Positions 41,833 to 50,766 of a DNA stretch of 64,000 bases are shown here, piece by piece. Each line of letters opens with the position of its first letter. Position 1 is the first letter of the stretch. Source of the stretch: Phormidium sp. (GTDB taxonomy: Bacteria; Cyanobacteriota; Cyanobacteriia; Cyanobacteriales; Aerosakkonemataceae). A program made the position numbers and the translations under genes. The DNA lies in NCBI GenBank assembly GCA_051013385.1, contig CP143273.1, positions 256,001 through 320,000 on the forward strand, read 5' to 3'. The notes under the pieces are model-generated. The model was given only the letters and a program-made list of their open reading frames with translations, had not been told where the DNA came from and did not search any database.

Positions 41833-42906
41833 TTAGAGGTTTTTCTTAACATCTAACATGGCAGTTTTCTTGCCCCTATCTAACTGATTTACTTGCGGAA
41901 TTTCTAGCGTTTTTGCTAACGGTATAACTTGCCTAAATAAACTAACCCAACCCTTTTCTTTATTTCGAGAGGCGTAAACTTTATCTTTCAGCAAAATCTG
42001 TTGCGCTTGCTTGTACTGCCACGAAGGAATACCAGGAAAAAGATGATGCAATAAGTGATAACCTTCCCAATGAATTCCTAAGAAAAAATTCGCCACGGGA
42101 GAACAAAGCCGATTTCGGGACATAAACAAATCAACCAATTTTAGATTTTCCATCCTGCCTTCAGTTTCCTCCGGAGTTACTTCCATTAACGGGTAATGCT
42201 CGAACAATTCAATAAACCCTCCAATCCAATTAGCCGTTGTTAGCAGAGGAACCCACCAATACAGCAGTAACAACCACCCCCAACCCAGCCCGATAAATAT
42301 TGAATTCAAAACCATCACATAGAGTAGGCGCACCAGTTTCTCTCGAAACTCCTCCTGCGGATTCAAAATTCTGTTTTTGAGCAAATAGCGTAGGTAAGTC
42401 AGAGTCGTTGTCGGGTGAACAATGTTCCATAAATAACGGCGCACGCTGTTAGCTTCTAGATTTGCTCCGTACAACCCACTTTCCTGTAACCCAACGTAAT
42501 CTGGGTCTAGCTTGGAGTCCCCCAAATGACCGTGATGCAGGAAAACGTGGGAGGAGCGATAACCTGAATAACTTTGCAGCACCAGATAACCAGAAGGAAA
42601 CGTCCCCAAAACAAAATTTAGAACTTTATTCTTCGCCAAGGTTTTGTGGGTTGACTGGTGGAGTAAATCTGCTAAAGCACGCATCCTGGCACCAATGATC
42701 AAAATCGCAACGAAGTAAACCATTTCGCCTACGACTCGTGGCAAGTGCTGCCACGTTAACCAAGAAGCAAGCGTTGCAAGAGCAATAATCGCCCAATCTT
42801 CAGCGAGTTGCACGAACCCGTGCCAATTATCAAGCTCAAAGCAACAACTTAACTCTCTGAAGATTGCGGTGTCGAAGCGATAACGCTTAATTTTTATCAT
42901 TAGCAA
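41833..42906 (-). CDS. Membrane fatty-acid-desaturase-fold oxygenase, GntB-like
   Basis: His boxes HQSTH, HVFLHH and HLLHH; LDNWH, RALA.LLH, SGYL and DPD segments. Confidence 0.8.
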   Translation of the reverse strand: MLMIKIKRYRFDTAIFRELSCCFELDNWHGFVQLAEDWAIIALATLASWLTWQHLPRVVGEMVYFVAILIIGARMRALADLLHQSTHKTLAKNKVLNFVLGTFPSGYLVLQSYSGYRSSHVFLHHGHLGDSKLDPDYVGLQESGLYGANLEANSVRRYLWNIVHPTTTLTYLRYLLKNRILNPQEEFREKLVRLLYVMVLNSIFIGLGWGWLLLLYWWVPLLTTANWIGGFIELFEHYPLMEVTPEETEGRMENLKLVDLFMSRNRLCSPVANFFLGIHWEGYHLLHHLFPGIPSWQYKQAQQILLKDKVYASRNKEKGWVSLFRQVIPLAKTLEIPQVNQLDRGKKTAMLDVKKNL

Positions 42907-42912
42907 CAGTTC

Positions 42913-44112
42913 CTATTTAGTCGAAGCAGAGTTAAGCCTCTTTTCTAATTTTTCTGTGTATCTGTTATATCCAAAACGATCTTCACCTCTGAGCAGAACT
43001 GCTCTCCACTTGTCCAAATTAATGTTTTTGAGATGTAAGTACTTGTTATGATGCAACCCTCCTAACATTTTCTTGGTGTAAATACGAGTGCTAGTTGTGG
43101 CAATCCGCCCATTCAATCCCCATCGTGATTTATCAGTCTTATTTTTGAGGGAACCGTGAATCACTCGCTCAGTAAACAGATAAAACTGCCCAGCTTTCAT
43201 TTCGATGTAATGGGGTTGTGGCAACTCGCCTGGGTAATCGATCTGAAGATCCGGCGCACCCTCCAGGTTGGTTGTCTCTACGTTGATCGGATAAATTTCA
43301 TTAGTTCCGGGCAGAATCATCATGCAGCCATTCTCTTTGTTGGCATCGGTTAAAGCAATCCAGCAGGTTAGTTGGTAAAGGTCCTCATGGTCTTCTGGAG
43401 TCACTATCGATTCTTGCTGATTTAGCAAAAACCAAGTGCTGGCTTGATGTAATGTTGTTTCCCGACCGGGCTGAACTTCAAAAAATTTAGTTCTCCACAA
43501 AAGAAGATTCGGTCCTAAAAGTTGAGCCGCTCGTTCAGTAATCGCAGGATGTTTAAACAGATTTAATAATCGATTGTTATCTAAATGACGATCGATTTTA
43601 TTGATCGTATAGAAAAAATGTTTTTTATATTCTTCTGTAAATTCTAGTTTCCAAGGTGTCACTTCTAAACCACTTCTACCAGTCGTGTCAAATTCATAAT
43701 CTCCGGCAGTGAAAGAAAAATGTTGTGATTCAGTTTCCAGCAATGAATTGACGAGATATTGCTGCAACTCCTCCATTTCATCTGGAGGTAGTAAATCGAA
43801 TGGGCCGACATAGCCATTCTCATAGAAACCACGGATCTGTTCCTCAGTGAGCTGAAATTCGGGGGCTACCGATGCTCTAGGTTTGTAAGATTTCGGTTCT
43901 TTTAATCGGCAATAGTAATCATAGTATGCTGTTTTCCCGCCGGATTTAAAAGCCACCCAGAACATCTGATTATTCCAACCAGTCGGTAATTGTTCTCTCA
44001 ATGTTTCTGGCAACCAACCATGAATAAACTTGAGTTTTCCCAGGATATAAAAAACACCCAATTTAAGAGAAAACTTCCAATTAAATAAGGAAAAATTTGT
44101 TGTTGCAGTCAT
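42913..44112 (-). CDS. Fe(II)/2-oxoglutarate halogenase-like protein (SyrB2/BarB-like), copy 2
   Basis: DRHL, LGPNLLLWRTKFF, LHQASTW (H-x-A), TDANKENGC, MKAGQF, IHGS and SRWGLNGR. Confidence 0.8.
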   Translation of the reverse strand: MTATTNFSLFNWKFSLKLGVFYILGKLKFIHGWLPETLREQLPTGWNNQMFWVAFKSGGKTAYYDYYCRLKEPKSYKPRASVAPEFQLTEEQIRGFYENGYVGPFDLLPPDEMEELQQYLVNSLLETESQHFSFTAGDYEFDTTGRSGLEVTPWKLEFTEEYKKHFFYTINKIDRHLDNNRLLNLFKHPAITERAAQLLGPNLLLWRTKFFEVQPGRETTLHQASTWFLLNQQESIVTPEDHEDLYQLTCWIALTDANKENGCMMILPGTNEIYPINVETTNLEGAPDLQIDYPGELPQPHYIEMKAGQFYLFTERVIHGSLKNKTDKSRWGLNGRIATTSTRIYTKKMLGGLHHNKYLHLKNINLDKWRAVLLRGEDRFGYNRYTEKLEKRLNSASTK

Positions 44113-44195
44113 GTGTCAGTCTCCTATATTTTCTAATTAATGGGCGATGAAAAAGCTGAAAAGCTTACGAAGTAATCAAGTATTGATATTATTTG

Positions 44196-45410
44196 CTACT
44201 TAGTCGAAGCAGAGGCAAGCTTTTTCTCCAATTTTTCTGTGTATCTGTTGTATCCAAAACTATCTTCACCTCTTAGCAGAACAACTTTCCACTTATCCAA
44301 ATTAATGTTCTTCACCTTTGAGTATCTGTTGCGATAGAATCCTTCTAACATTTTATTGGTGTAAATACGAGTCCTAGTTGTGGCAATCCGTCCATTCAAT
44401 CCCCATCGCGATTTATCAGTCTTATTTTCGACGGAACCGTGAATCACTCGCTCGGTAAACAGATAAAACTGCCCAGCTTTCATTTCAATGTAATGGGGTT
44501 TTGGCAACTCGCCTGGGTAATCGATCTTGGCATCCCGATTGCCATAAATACCACTCATCCCATCCTGGGTGACTTCCCCTACCTTGATGGGATAAATCTC
44601 CTTATGAGTCCCTGGGAAAATCATCATGCACCCATTTTCTTTGTTGGCATCGGTTACAGCAATCCAGCAGGTTAATTGGTACAGATACTCATGGTCTTCT
44701 GGATACATTATCGATTCTTGCTGATTGGCAAAAAACGTGCTGGCTTGATGCAATTTTGTTGCCAAACCGGGTTGAATTCCAAAAAATTTAGTTCTCCACA
44801 AAAGAAGATTTGGTCCTAAAAGTTGAGCCGCTCGTTCAGTAATCGCCGGATGTTTAAACAAATTCATTAATCGATCTTCTTCTAAATGACGATCAAACTC
44901 ATTCATCGCATTGACAATATATTTTTGATAGTCTTCAGTGATTTCTTGATTCCAAGCTGTCAATAAATCATCTTTCTTGGTCGTGTCAAATTCATAATCT
45001 CCGGCAGTGAAAGAAAAACATTTTGATTCAGTTTTCAGCAATGAATTGACGAGATATTCCCGCAAATTCTCCATTTCGTCTGGAGGTAGTAAATCGAATG
45101 GGCCGACATAGCCATTCTCATAGAAACCACGGATCTGTTCCTCAGTGAGCTGAAATTCGGGGGCTACCGATGCTCTAGGTTTGTAAGATTTTGGTTCTTT
45201 CAACCGACAATAGTACTCATAGTACACTGTTTTCCCGCCGGATTTAAAAGCTACCCAGAACATCTGATTATTCCAACCAGTCGGTAATTGTTCTCTCCAG
45301 GTTTCTGGCAACCAACCATGAACAAACTTGAGTTTGGCCAGGACATAAAAGAAAGCCAGTTTAAGAGAGAACTTCCAATCAAATAAGGAAGAGGTTGTTG
45401 TTGCAGTCAT
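44196..45410 (-). CDS. Fe(II)/2-oxoglutarate halogenase-like protein (SyrB2/BarB-like), copy 1
   Basis: Same motifs with LHQASTF; paralogue of 42913-44112. Confidence 0.8.
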   Translation of the reverse strand: MTATTTSSLFDWKFSLKLAFFYVLAKLKFVHGWLPETWREQLPTGWNNQMFWVAFKSGGKTVYYEYYCRLKEPKSYKPRASVAPEFQLTEEQIRGFYENGYVGPFDLLPPDEMENLREYLVNSLLKTESKCFSFTAGDYEFDTTKKDDLLTAWNQEITEDYQKYIVNAMNEFDRHLEEDRLMNLFKHPAITERAAQLLGPNLLLWRTKFFGIQPGLATKLHQASTFFANQQESIMYPEDHEYLYQLTCWIAVTDANKENGCMMIFPGTHKEIYPIKVGEVTQDGMSGIYGNRDAKIDYPGELPKPHYIEMKAGQFYLFTERVIHGSVENKTDKSRWGLNGRIATTRTRIYTNKMLEGFYRNRYSKVKNINLDKWKVVLLRGEDSFGYNRYTEKLEKKLASASTK

Positions 45411-45676
45411 GTGTCAGTCTCCTATATTTTCTAGTTAATGGGCGATGAAAAGGCTGAAAAGCTTACGAAGTAAAGAGTGTAGACATTTGAAGGGGGGGAG
45501 AAAGTAGGCTATAACCCAGGCAGGGAGAGTGTCAAGGCAAATTGGAGCAAGGATTGTTAAAAAATGAAGGGGACAATTTTGTGAAGGTCAAGTGGGTGAA
45601 AAGTAAGAACTATCAAGCTCTTGAGCCACTCGTTACCCCAAGAATGCGATCGCACTCTTCCTGTTTATGTTGAAAT

Positions 45677-45844
45677 TCATTGAAGAACTTCCTGTTCTAA
45701 AAGATACTGAAGCGCCTCAATGACTCGATAGGCTGAAAGCTTGCGCGAGGTTTGGGTGAGAAATTCAGAAACCACATCGCTGGCTTTTTTGGAGGCGGTA
45801 CACAACTGACAAAGCAATCGCAAATCTTTGGCTGGTAAATACAT
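45677..45844 (-). CDS. Small 55-aa ORF within the cluster
   Basis: Below ORF-track cutoff: MYLPAKDLRLLCQLCTASKKASDVVSEFLTQTSRKLSAYRVIEALQYLLEQEVLQ; co-oriented, with AAGG upstream. Confidence 0.4.
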   Translation of the reverse strand: MYLPAKDLRLLCQLCTASKKASDVVSEFLTQTSRKLSAYRVIEALQYLLEQEVLQ

Positions 45845-45919
45845 ATTTAACCTTAATTTGCTGGCGATTTGAGGCGATTCTTGAAAACTCAGAAGTTTGC
45901 ACCGTCAAAGCGATCACGC

Positions 45920-47464
45920 TCAACCCTTGACATTAACCACACTCTTGGCAAGGCTGTCAGTTTTACCATTGATTGATTGGGGGTTAACTTGCGGCACAGA
46001 GGAAGGCACGGCTGTTTTGATAAATTCGTAATAAATGGACAGAAAAACTTCATCCAATGGCACGTCGCGCATCTTCTGCTTCGCCTTTTCCCGCAGCGTT
46101 TCGTGTGCCGAGTTGTCGAGGACTGCCATTTCAAACAGCAGGCGAAGATAGGACTCTAGTTCCCGGGTGCGATTGTAGGGCAAAAAGCCACCGGGTTCCC
46201 GTACTGTTGCCATCAAATCGCGGGCACCCACATTCAGCAACCGCTGGAACGGATTATCATTGCGACGACGTTCAATCATGGGCGAGAACACATTCTCAGT
46301 GGGGGGTTGTTTGCCAAGTAACTCTGCTGCAACAACTTGAGCAACCAACGGAGCCATCAGCATCCCATTCCTGTAGGTTCCCGTCGCCACAAACAACCCT
46401 GGAAATGCAGTTTTTCCAACTAAAGGAATCCCATCAGCGGGAATGGGACGCAATCCATAACGCATTTCCTCGATTCTGGTATTTCGCAAAGCAGTATTGA
46501 ACTGGTTAGCTCCATCACCAAGAATATAGAGCAAGTCTTGGGGTTGAACTCCCAGACTCATTTGGGCAGTCAGGCTTAACGAGTTAGTAGCGCCAACATA
46601 GAGGCGTCCCCCACTACGAGGAACAACGTGCAGTCCGCACGCAAAGGAACGATTGGGGGTGCGAAGCGTATGGGGAAAATGGGGAGCATCTGCCAGAATA
46701 CAACTGGTGCCTTTGCCAAATAACACCGCAGGCAGCTTCAGCTTGGAAAACAGAGCCTCACCGATAACTTCTGGAACTTTAGCTCCCGCACACACCACTA
46801 CATTTGGAGTGGAAATGCAACCGTGGTTTTCGGTTTGGATATTCCATGTGCCTTCGGTGTCGCCAAAATTGATAGAAACAACTTTATCGTCTAAAACTTC
46901 TCCTTTGGGGTGTTGGGCTATCGCCACCTCTAGGGCTGATAGTAAGTTGTGAGAATCAACTGACCCTTCACCAGGGATGAACAAAGCTTGGTAAGCCGGA
47001 CAGGAATTGTTGGCGTCTAAACCGGGAACGTCGTCCGGATCGACCCACTCATAGGGTTCATTATAGGTTTCCAGTTGGGCTTTCATGCGCTTGAGATTGG
47101 CGCGATCGCGATCGCCTGCACTGTTGCCAATAATAAATGTTCCTTGTGTGGTGAAGATATCTTGCCCGGATGCTTCTCTCACACTAGAGAGCCAATCAGG
47201 GTAAATCTTCTGCGCTTTGATCCGAAACTCCAGTTCAAGGCGTTCTTCGAGAGTCTCTTGGTCGGCAGTAATCTCGCCGTATGCGCCCAACATAGCACCA
47301 CTAGCCAGCGAGGCTCCATCACTATTCTGCTGTTGGGGACAGATCAAGAGAACCTTCAAAGAAGAGCGAGCTAGTTCAAAGGCGATCGATTTCCCGATAA
47401 TTCCACCACCAACAACTACGGCATCGTATGAGTGGTGACTGGTGCCATTATCCTGTAAAGTCAT
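45920..47464 (-). CDS. FAD-dependent amino-acid/amine oxidase (ThiO/DAO family) with C-terminal extension
   Basis: VVGGGIIG, GASLASGAML, GLRP and ATGTYRNGMLMAP motifs. Confidence 0.85.
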   Translation of the reverse strand: MTLQDNGTSHHSYDAVVVGGGIIGKSIAFELARSSLKVLLICPQQQNSDGASLASGAMLGAYGEITADQETLEERLELEFRIKAQKIYPDWLSSVREASGQDIFTTQGTFIIGNSAGDRDRANLKRMKAQLETYNEPYEWVDPDDVPGLDANNSCPAYQALFIPGEGSVDSHNLLSALEVAIAQHPKGEVLDDKVVSINFGDTEGTWNIQTENHGCISTPNVVVCAGAKVPEVIGEALFSKLKLPAVLFGKGTSCILADAPHFPHTLRTPNRSFACGLHVVPRSGGRLYVGATNSLSLTAQMSLGVQPQDLLYILGDGANQFNTALRNTRIEEMRYGLRPIPADGIPLVGKTAFPGLFVATGTYRNGMLMAPLVAQVVAAELLGKQPPTENVFSPMIERRRNDNPFQRLLNVGARDLMATVREPGGFLPYNRTRELESYLRLLFEMAVLDNSAHETLREKAKQKMRDVPLDEVFLSIYYEFIKTAVPSSVPQVNPQSINGKTDSLAKSVVNVKG

Positions 47465-47586
47465 TTCTTTTCTGCCATTTTTATGAAAACTTGCTAGTTA
47501 TTTAAAACGAAACATTGTCCAATATCACGGGACTATATTGAACTTTATCAGGTTTTAGAAATAAAGCCACTTTTTTTTAGAGTCAA

Positions 47587-47612
47587 CCGACTTATCCTAC
47601 TTATCCGACTTT
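47587..47612 (-). promoter_or_regulatory. Triple 9-bp direct repeat, candidate operator
   Basis: CCGACTTAT CCTACTTAT CCGACTTT, about 125 bp upstream of the first cluster gene. Confidence 0.55.
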
Positions 47613-47705
47613 TTTGAATAAATTATTGTCCTTGCACTCTGTTATGGAATAAGTATTTTGGCAAGTTTTGTCACTCCTTCAGCCAAAATCCAATTCCGGT
47701 CTTAC

Positions 47706-49406
47706 TTAAAACGTAAAAGTCGTTCGCAATAATCCAATCCAAATACTGTCATTAGCAGCATTATGTTCGGGATTAGTAATCAACAGAACACCGGGAGTGA
47801 TAAAAATATTATTACTAATGGGATAACGATAAGATAGTTCTAAATGCAAAGAAGTATCGCCATCTTCTCGTACCCAAATATCATTATTTATTACTTTAGG
47901 AGGCATACCAAAAACGAAACTTAATTGGGAACCTGATTTACCTAAATCTGCTAAAAACGCCGTAATTGCCCAACTCCAAATCTCTGCTTGAGAACCGCGA
48001 AAACCACTTATGCCACTAACACTGGGAGAAGCTTCTGCTTTAGCATTAAAGTAGGTAACCCAACCACCTAATATCAGTTTAGTAGTGAGTTTGTAAGTAA
48101 ATTGTAAGCCAAAAGCATTGGAGGAAGTTGCTGTACTTCCACCAAAAGGATATTGAGCGAATACACTACCTTTACTTCCAGTTACGTTACTAGTTAAAAA
48201 AGGTTCAGGTGAATAATAATGACCATAAGTAAAAGCTAGTCCAAATTTATCAGTTGGAGTATAACTTAGTTGAGTCAAGATAGTATATTGACCCTTAAAT
48301 AACCCTTGGCTCACATTGTTAGGAGAATCAATTAAATAACTAATACCCCCGGCTAATTTGTCAGTGAAATTATAGTAAATTACTCCACCACCACCAAAAG
48401 CAAAAGAATAAATAGGACTTTCTGCACCAAAATTTGATATGGAATTCACCGGATTAAAAGCCGGAAAAATCCTAGTGGGAAAGTTCGCAATAGGAGCAAT
48501 AGCTACAATTCCGCGCTTTCCTAAAGGAAACTGATAAAATAGTGTTCCTAATCTTACATTATTGTTAGTATTTGTTGCCAGCAACCGAGTCATTTCTGTG
48601 CCAGTAACACTAGTAGCAAAACGATTAACATCTCCCGCTATTAGCTGGGTTCGTAATCTATCTTTTCCTGTAAAGCTAGTATCAAAATTAAGTACTACTG
48701 CTCCTGATAAAGTAAAATTATCTTCTAATTTTTCTTTAGGGTGACTTCCTGGAGGAACGGCTTTCCTGTCACCAAAAGCACTAATTAAGTTAAAATTTGC
48801 TACACCTCGTAAAACTGTAGTTGGACTAAATTGGTGTCCTTCAATAAAAGCTACTCGCTGTTCTATGTTGTCTACTTTTGCAGTAATGTTTTGCAATTCC
48901 GTAGCAAATTCTGCTTGCAATCTTTCGATCACTAGCAAATCTTCTTTTTGAGGAAATTGATTGTTGAAACTTTCAATTGAACGCCTAATACTGGTTAGAC
49001 AACTATTTAACCCGGCGGCAAACTCATAGCGACTCATTACCCGTTCGCCATTGAAATTTCGCTCAGGAAAACCACTAATACAGCGATATTTTTCGATTAA
49101 ATTTCTTAGGGCTTGATAAGCCCAATGGTTAGGAGTAATATCTAACAACTGATTTACATTGACGATCGCGTCGTCAAGTTCAGGAGGAGGACTAATAGAT
49201 AATCTTTCGATTTGATCGAGAGTACTTTCTTCGTCTTTAAGTTCGGAATTATAAGTTACTAAGGGTGATTCATTGATATTATTTAAAGATGAGTCTCTCT
49301 GAGGCTCGGAGTTAAAATTTGCTTGAGCTAGAACTGGAGATAGAATGAGCAAATTACAACTCGCGATCGCTAAAGTAATAGAAAATGGTATATTTAAGAT
49401 TTTCAT
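47706..49406 (-). CDS. Cyanobacterial SLH-domain OprB-type porin
   Basis: DITPNHWAYQAL, SRYEFAAGL, FSPTTVL, TSFTGKDRL and C-terminal LRTTFTF. Confidence 0.93.
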   Translation of the reverse strand: MKILNIPFSITLAIASCNLLILSPVLAQANFNSEPQRDSSLNNINESPLVTYNSELKDEESTLDQIERLSISPPPELDDAIVNVNQLLDITPNHWAYQALRNLIEKYRCISGFPERNFNGERVMSRYEFAAGLNSCLTSIRRSIESFNNQFPQKEDLLVIERLQAEFATELQNITAKVDNIEQRVAFIEGHQFSPTTVLRGVANFNLISAFGDRKAVPPGSHPKEKLEDNFTLSGAVVLNFDTSFTGKDRLRTQLIAGDVNRFATSVTGTEMTRLLATNTNNNVRLGTLFYQFPLGKRGIVAIAPIANFPTRIFPAFNPVNSISNFGAESPIYSFAFGGGGVIYYNFTDKLAGGISYLIDSPNNVSQGLFKGQYTILTQLSYTPTDKFGLAFTYGHYYSPEPFLTSNVTGSKGSVFAQYPFGGSTATSSNAFGLQFTYKLTTKLILGGWVTYFNAKAEASPSVSGISGFRGSQAEIWSWAITAFLADLGKSGSQLSFVFGMPPKVINNDIWVREDGDTSLHLELSYRYPISNNIFITPGVLLITNPEHNAANDSIWIGLLRTTFTF

Positions 49407-49477
49407 AATTTTATTGACAACTGATCCTCACACCTAAAACCGCATTAACAGTGAAAATTGCTCAAAAAAACTTTATT

Positions 49478-49669
49478 TTAATAAGGTCGAATTTTCAATT
49501 CATTATTTACAGCTTCGCTCGCTTTTTTAGCCACATCTTCAGGAACTCTCGTGTACTCCAACTGCTCGTTAAATGTTTGACCTTTTGTTAAAATCCAATT
49601 CAGTAAATCTAGAACTTTTGATTGACTAAACCTGAAGTTTTTTGCGGTAAATGATGACTTTACTACCAT
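49478..49669 (-). pseudogene. Internally deleted pstS-like remnant
   Basis: 63-aa ORF whose C-terminal part (DLLNWILTKGQTFNEQLEYTRVPEDVA) resembles a PstS C-terminus. Confidence 0.5.
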
Positions 49670-50763
49670 AACTCTTTATTACCTTTGAGTTGCAAGAACT
49701 TAGTTTTTGACTCATCCAATACGGTGGGTTTAACTGGAAAGTAACCCAGACTAGGAACTTCTTCGCTCACATAAGTCAAGTAATAGTTAACAAACCCTTC
49801 TACTTCGGGTCGTTTCCGAATCGCTTTAGCATCGGCATAAATGTACAACGGACGAGCGATCGGATATCCTGGCAGGAAAGGGTCTACTTTATCAATCGCG
49901 ATCGCCTTCAATTTGTCCCGGTTTTGTTGATAGGAGGCATACTCTAAAAAGCCAACCATATAGGGATTAATTAAAGCTTCCGAGTGCAACTGCTCTGCAA
50001 AGTCATAAAATACCGTATTGGGAGCATTCATCAGTTGGCTAACGTTGCCTTTGAGGATAGCTTGGGCAAACAAATCAACTGCACCCCCAGTCCCAGATCC
50101 AGTTGGAACAATGCGTTTAATCAACTCGTTTGGCCATTTGGGATTGACATCTGACCACTTTTGAGCAGTAAATACCTTTGCCAGTTCGTCGCGTGTCAGA
50201 CTTTTGGGGACGAAATTATTCTGAGAACTTACTACAATCGTCACGGCATCCATAGCAATGGGAAAGCCGATCGGCTCAATCCCTGACTTAGCACAGACGG
50301 CTGACTCCTGAGAGTTGATTGGGCGAACTGCACCAACAATATCTACCTTTTTCCCGGAGCAAAATAGCTTGAAGCCAACGACCGTATCGGTAGCAGATAG
50401 ATCAATTTTATTGGGGTAGCCGTCTTGGATAAAGCGTTGAACAATAGCCTGACTAATCGGCAAAAGGACCTGACTTCCTGATATCGTCAGTGTTCCCTCC
50501 AGTTCTAGGGGTTTTACCGACCGCAGCACAATACCCTGTTTAGCTGGGTTTTGGCTTGAAGGAGGTTTAACTAATTTACGCTCAACCTGCTGAATCCCTA
50601 AATTTTCTTTTGAAGTCTTATCTGCATTGGCAGACCCCTCAATATTGGCTTTTGAGGGTTGTGATTGACCCGCGCAGGCGGTTAATCCTAAAACTAGGCT
50701 GAGCAAAAATAAGTAACTTTTGGGACTTTTCACTCTAGTTATCTTCATCCTAATTGATAACAT
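49663..50763 (-). CDS. PstS-family periplasmic binding lipoprotein
   Basis: LTAC lipobox, ISGSQVLLP, DAVTIVV, WSDVNPKWP and YPIARPLYIY; several phosphate-binding positions look divergent. Confidence 0.8.
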   Translation of the reverse strand: MLSIRMKITRVKSPKSYLFLLSLVLGLTACAGQSQPSKANIEGSANADKTSKENLGIQQVERKLVKPPSSQNPAKQGIVLRSVKPLELEGTLTISGSQVLLPISQAIVQRFIQDGYPNKIDLSATDTVVGFKLFCSGKKVDIVGAVRPINSQESAVCAKSGIEPIGFPIAMDAVTIVVSSQNNFVPKSLTRDELAKVFTAQKWSDVNPKWPNELIKRIVPTGSGTGGAVDLFAQAILKGNVSQLMNAPNTVFYDFAEQLHSEALINPYMVGFLEYASYQQNRDKLKAIAIDKVDPFLPGYPIARPLYIYADAKAIRKRPEVEGFVNYYLTYVSEEVPSLGYFPVKPTVLDESKTKFLQLKGNKELW

Positions 50764-50766
50764 ATC

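Noticed and set aside
37247..47464. Canonical guanitoxin, cylindrospermopsin or saxitoxin cluster
   Set aside because: No PKS/NRPS, methyltransferases, kinase, aldolase or haem-oxygenase-like N-hydroxylase in the cluster; only individual homologues are present. Sequence beyond 64000 cannot be assessed.
45920..47464. Thiamine biosynthesis thiO
   Set aside because: Too long, lacks thiS/thiG context and heads a secondary-metabolism operon; symbol withheld.
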